Positions 54,927 through 55,352 of a stretch of DNA of 55,352 nucleotides are shown here, in pieces. The DNA comes from a virus (taxonomy: Duplodnaviria; Caudoviricetes): positions 1 to 55,352 of the IMG/VR virus record IMGVR_UViG_3300037467_002425; one strand, given 5' to 3'. The position numbers were made by a program, and so were the translations under genes. The notes below the pieces were generated by a model. It saw only the letters and a list, made by a program, of their open reading frames with translations. It made no database searches and was not told where the DNA came from. How positions within the stretch are numbered: position 1 is the first letter of the stretch; each line of letters opens with the position of its first letter.

Positions 54927-55189
54927 GGTTTGCCTCCTAACTGAAATCTTCTAACATTAAAATAGTTAAATGAATCACAATATAATTGGGCTATGTTGCT
55001 ATATTTATCAGCAATATTATCAAATGAATCGGCTTTTAAACCATCGGTGTGAATGTACTTCATTGAAAAATTACGGGCTATAGATGCTTTATCAAAATAT
55101 AGCATTGCACTGTCGTGCATCCTACTTGCATGACGAAGATTCCCGGTGCATGAAGTTAATGTTATCACGTAAATTAAGATCCGTTTCAT
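54923..55189 (-). CDS. Putative lipoprotein
   Basis: MKRILIYVITLTS|C lipobox-like signal. Confidence 0.6.
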   Translation of the reverse strand: MKRILIYVITLTSCTGNLRHASRMHDSAMLYFDKASIARNFSMKYIHTDGLKADSFDNIADKYSNIAQLYCDSFNYFNVRRFQLGGKP

Positions 55190-55225
55190 AATATATCCTT
55201 TGCTTCAAATAAAGGCCAAATTTGT
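55186..55225 (-). CDS. 3' end of the junction-spanning HNH endonuclease
   Basis: Encodes ...EQIWPLFEAKDIL*, in frame with 1-299 after circularisation. Confidence 0.85.
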
Positions 55226-55352
55226 TCCTCGATGATCAGCATATTAGCGATTGTTTTGCTAGCCCTTGTGAAGTATTTCGTGTTAATATCCTTGTTATGT
55301 TTAATCTTCCTTAATAAGTGCAGAATAAACTCTGATGGCATTTTATTTCCTT
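55226..55352. repeat. Terminal direct repeat, copy 2
   Basis: Identical to 1-127. Confidence 0.95.

Noticed and set aside
55226-55352. 127 bp terminal repeat as a biological DTR or att site
   Set aside because: The length matches a common assembler k-mer and the repeat falls in the middle of an HNH gene, so it is an assembly overlap.
1-55352. Stop-codon reassignment as in some crAss-like phages
   Set aside because: Core genes are full length in the standard code and coding density is high.

Overview
The window is a complete circular dsDNA siphovirus-like phage genome of about 55,225 bp. Positions 1-127 are repeated exactly at 55226-55352, and an HNH gene reads through that junction. The host is most likely a Bacteroidota member: promoters carry TAnnTTTG -7 elements, translation starts are A-rich without Shine-Dalgarno sequences, signal peptides are followed by Gln, and the primase-helicase is VirE/PriCT-2 type. 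Modules: a VirE-type primase-helicase with an adjacent iteron origin; TerS/TerL; a leftward cassette of small early genes; portal; an 8.3 kb antisense glycosylation operon (six glycosyltransferase genes, a nucleotide-sugar dehydrogenase, an FkbM methyltransferase, three NUMOD4-HNH genes and an RHH regulator) inserted between portal and protease; HK97-type head; neck; two tail-tube paralogs; a frameshifted chaperone; tape measure; baseplate; fibre-like and beta-helix proteins with Sec signal peptides; a lysis region with an M15 endolysin; and a replication/recombination block (SSB, DEDDh exonuclease, Cas4-like nuclease, PolA, Dam, SNF2 helicase, C5 MTase, VRR-NUC, SLOG). I found no integrase, tRNA or CRISPR. 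Best leads: (1) a probable virion glycosylation system, with major capsid and tail tube sharing a C-terminal RTT; (2) fibre proteins with export signals, plus a duplicated candidate docking domain on two virion proteins; (3) six unrelated early proteins ending in DIL, resembling the SSB tail DDDIM; (4) three multi-stem RNA elements in the early operon. All calls come from motif recognition by eye; no database search was run.
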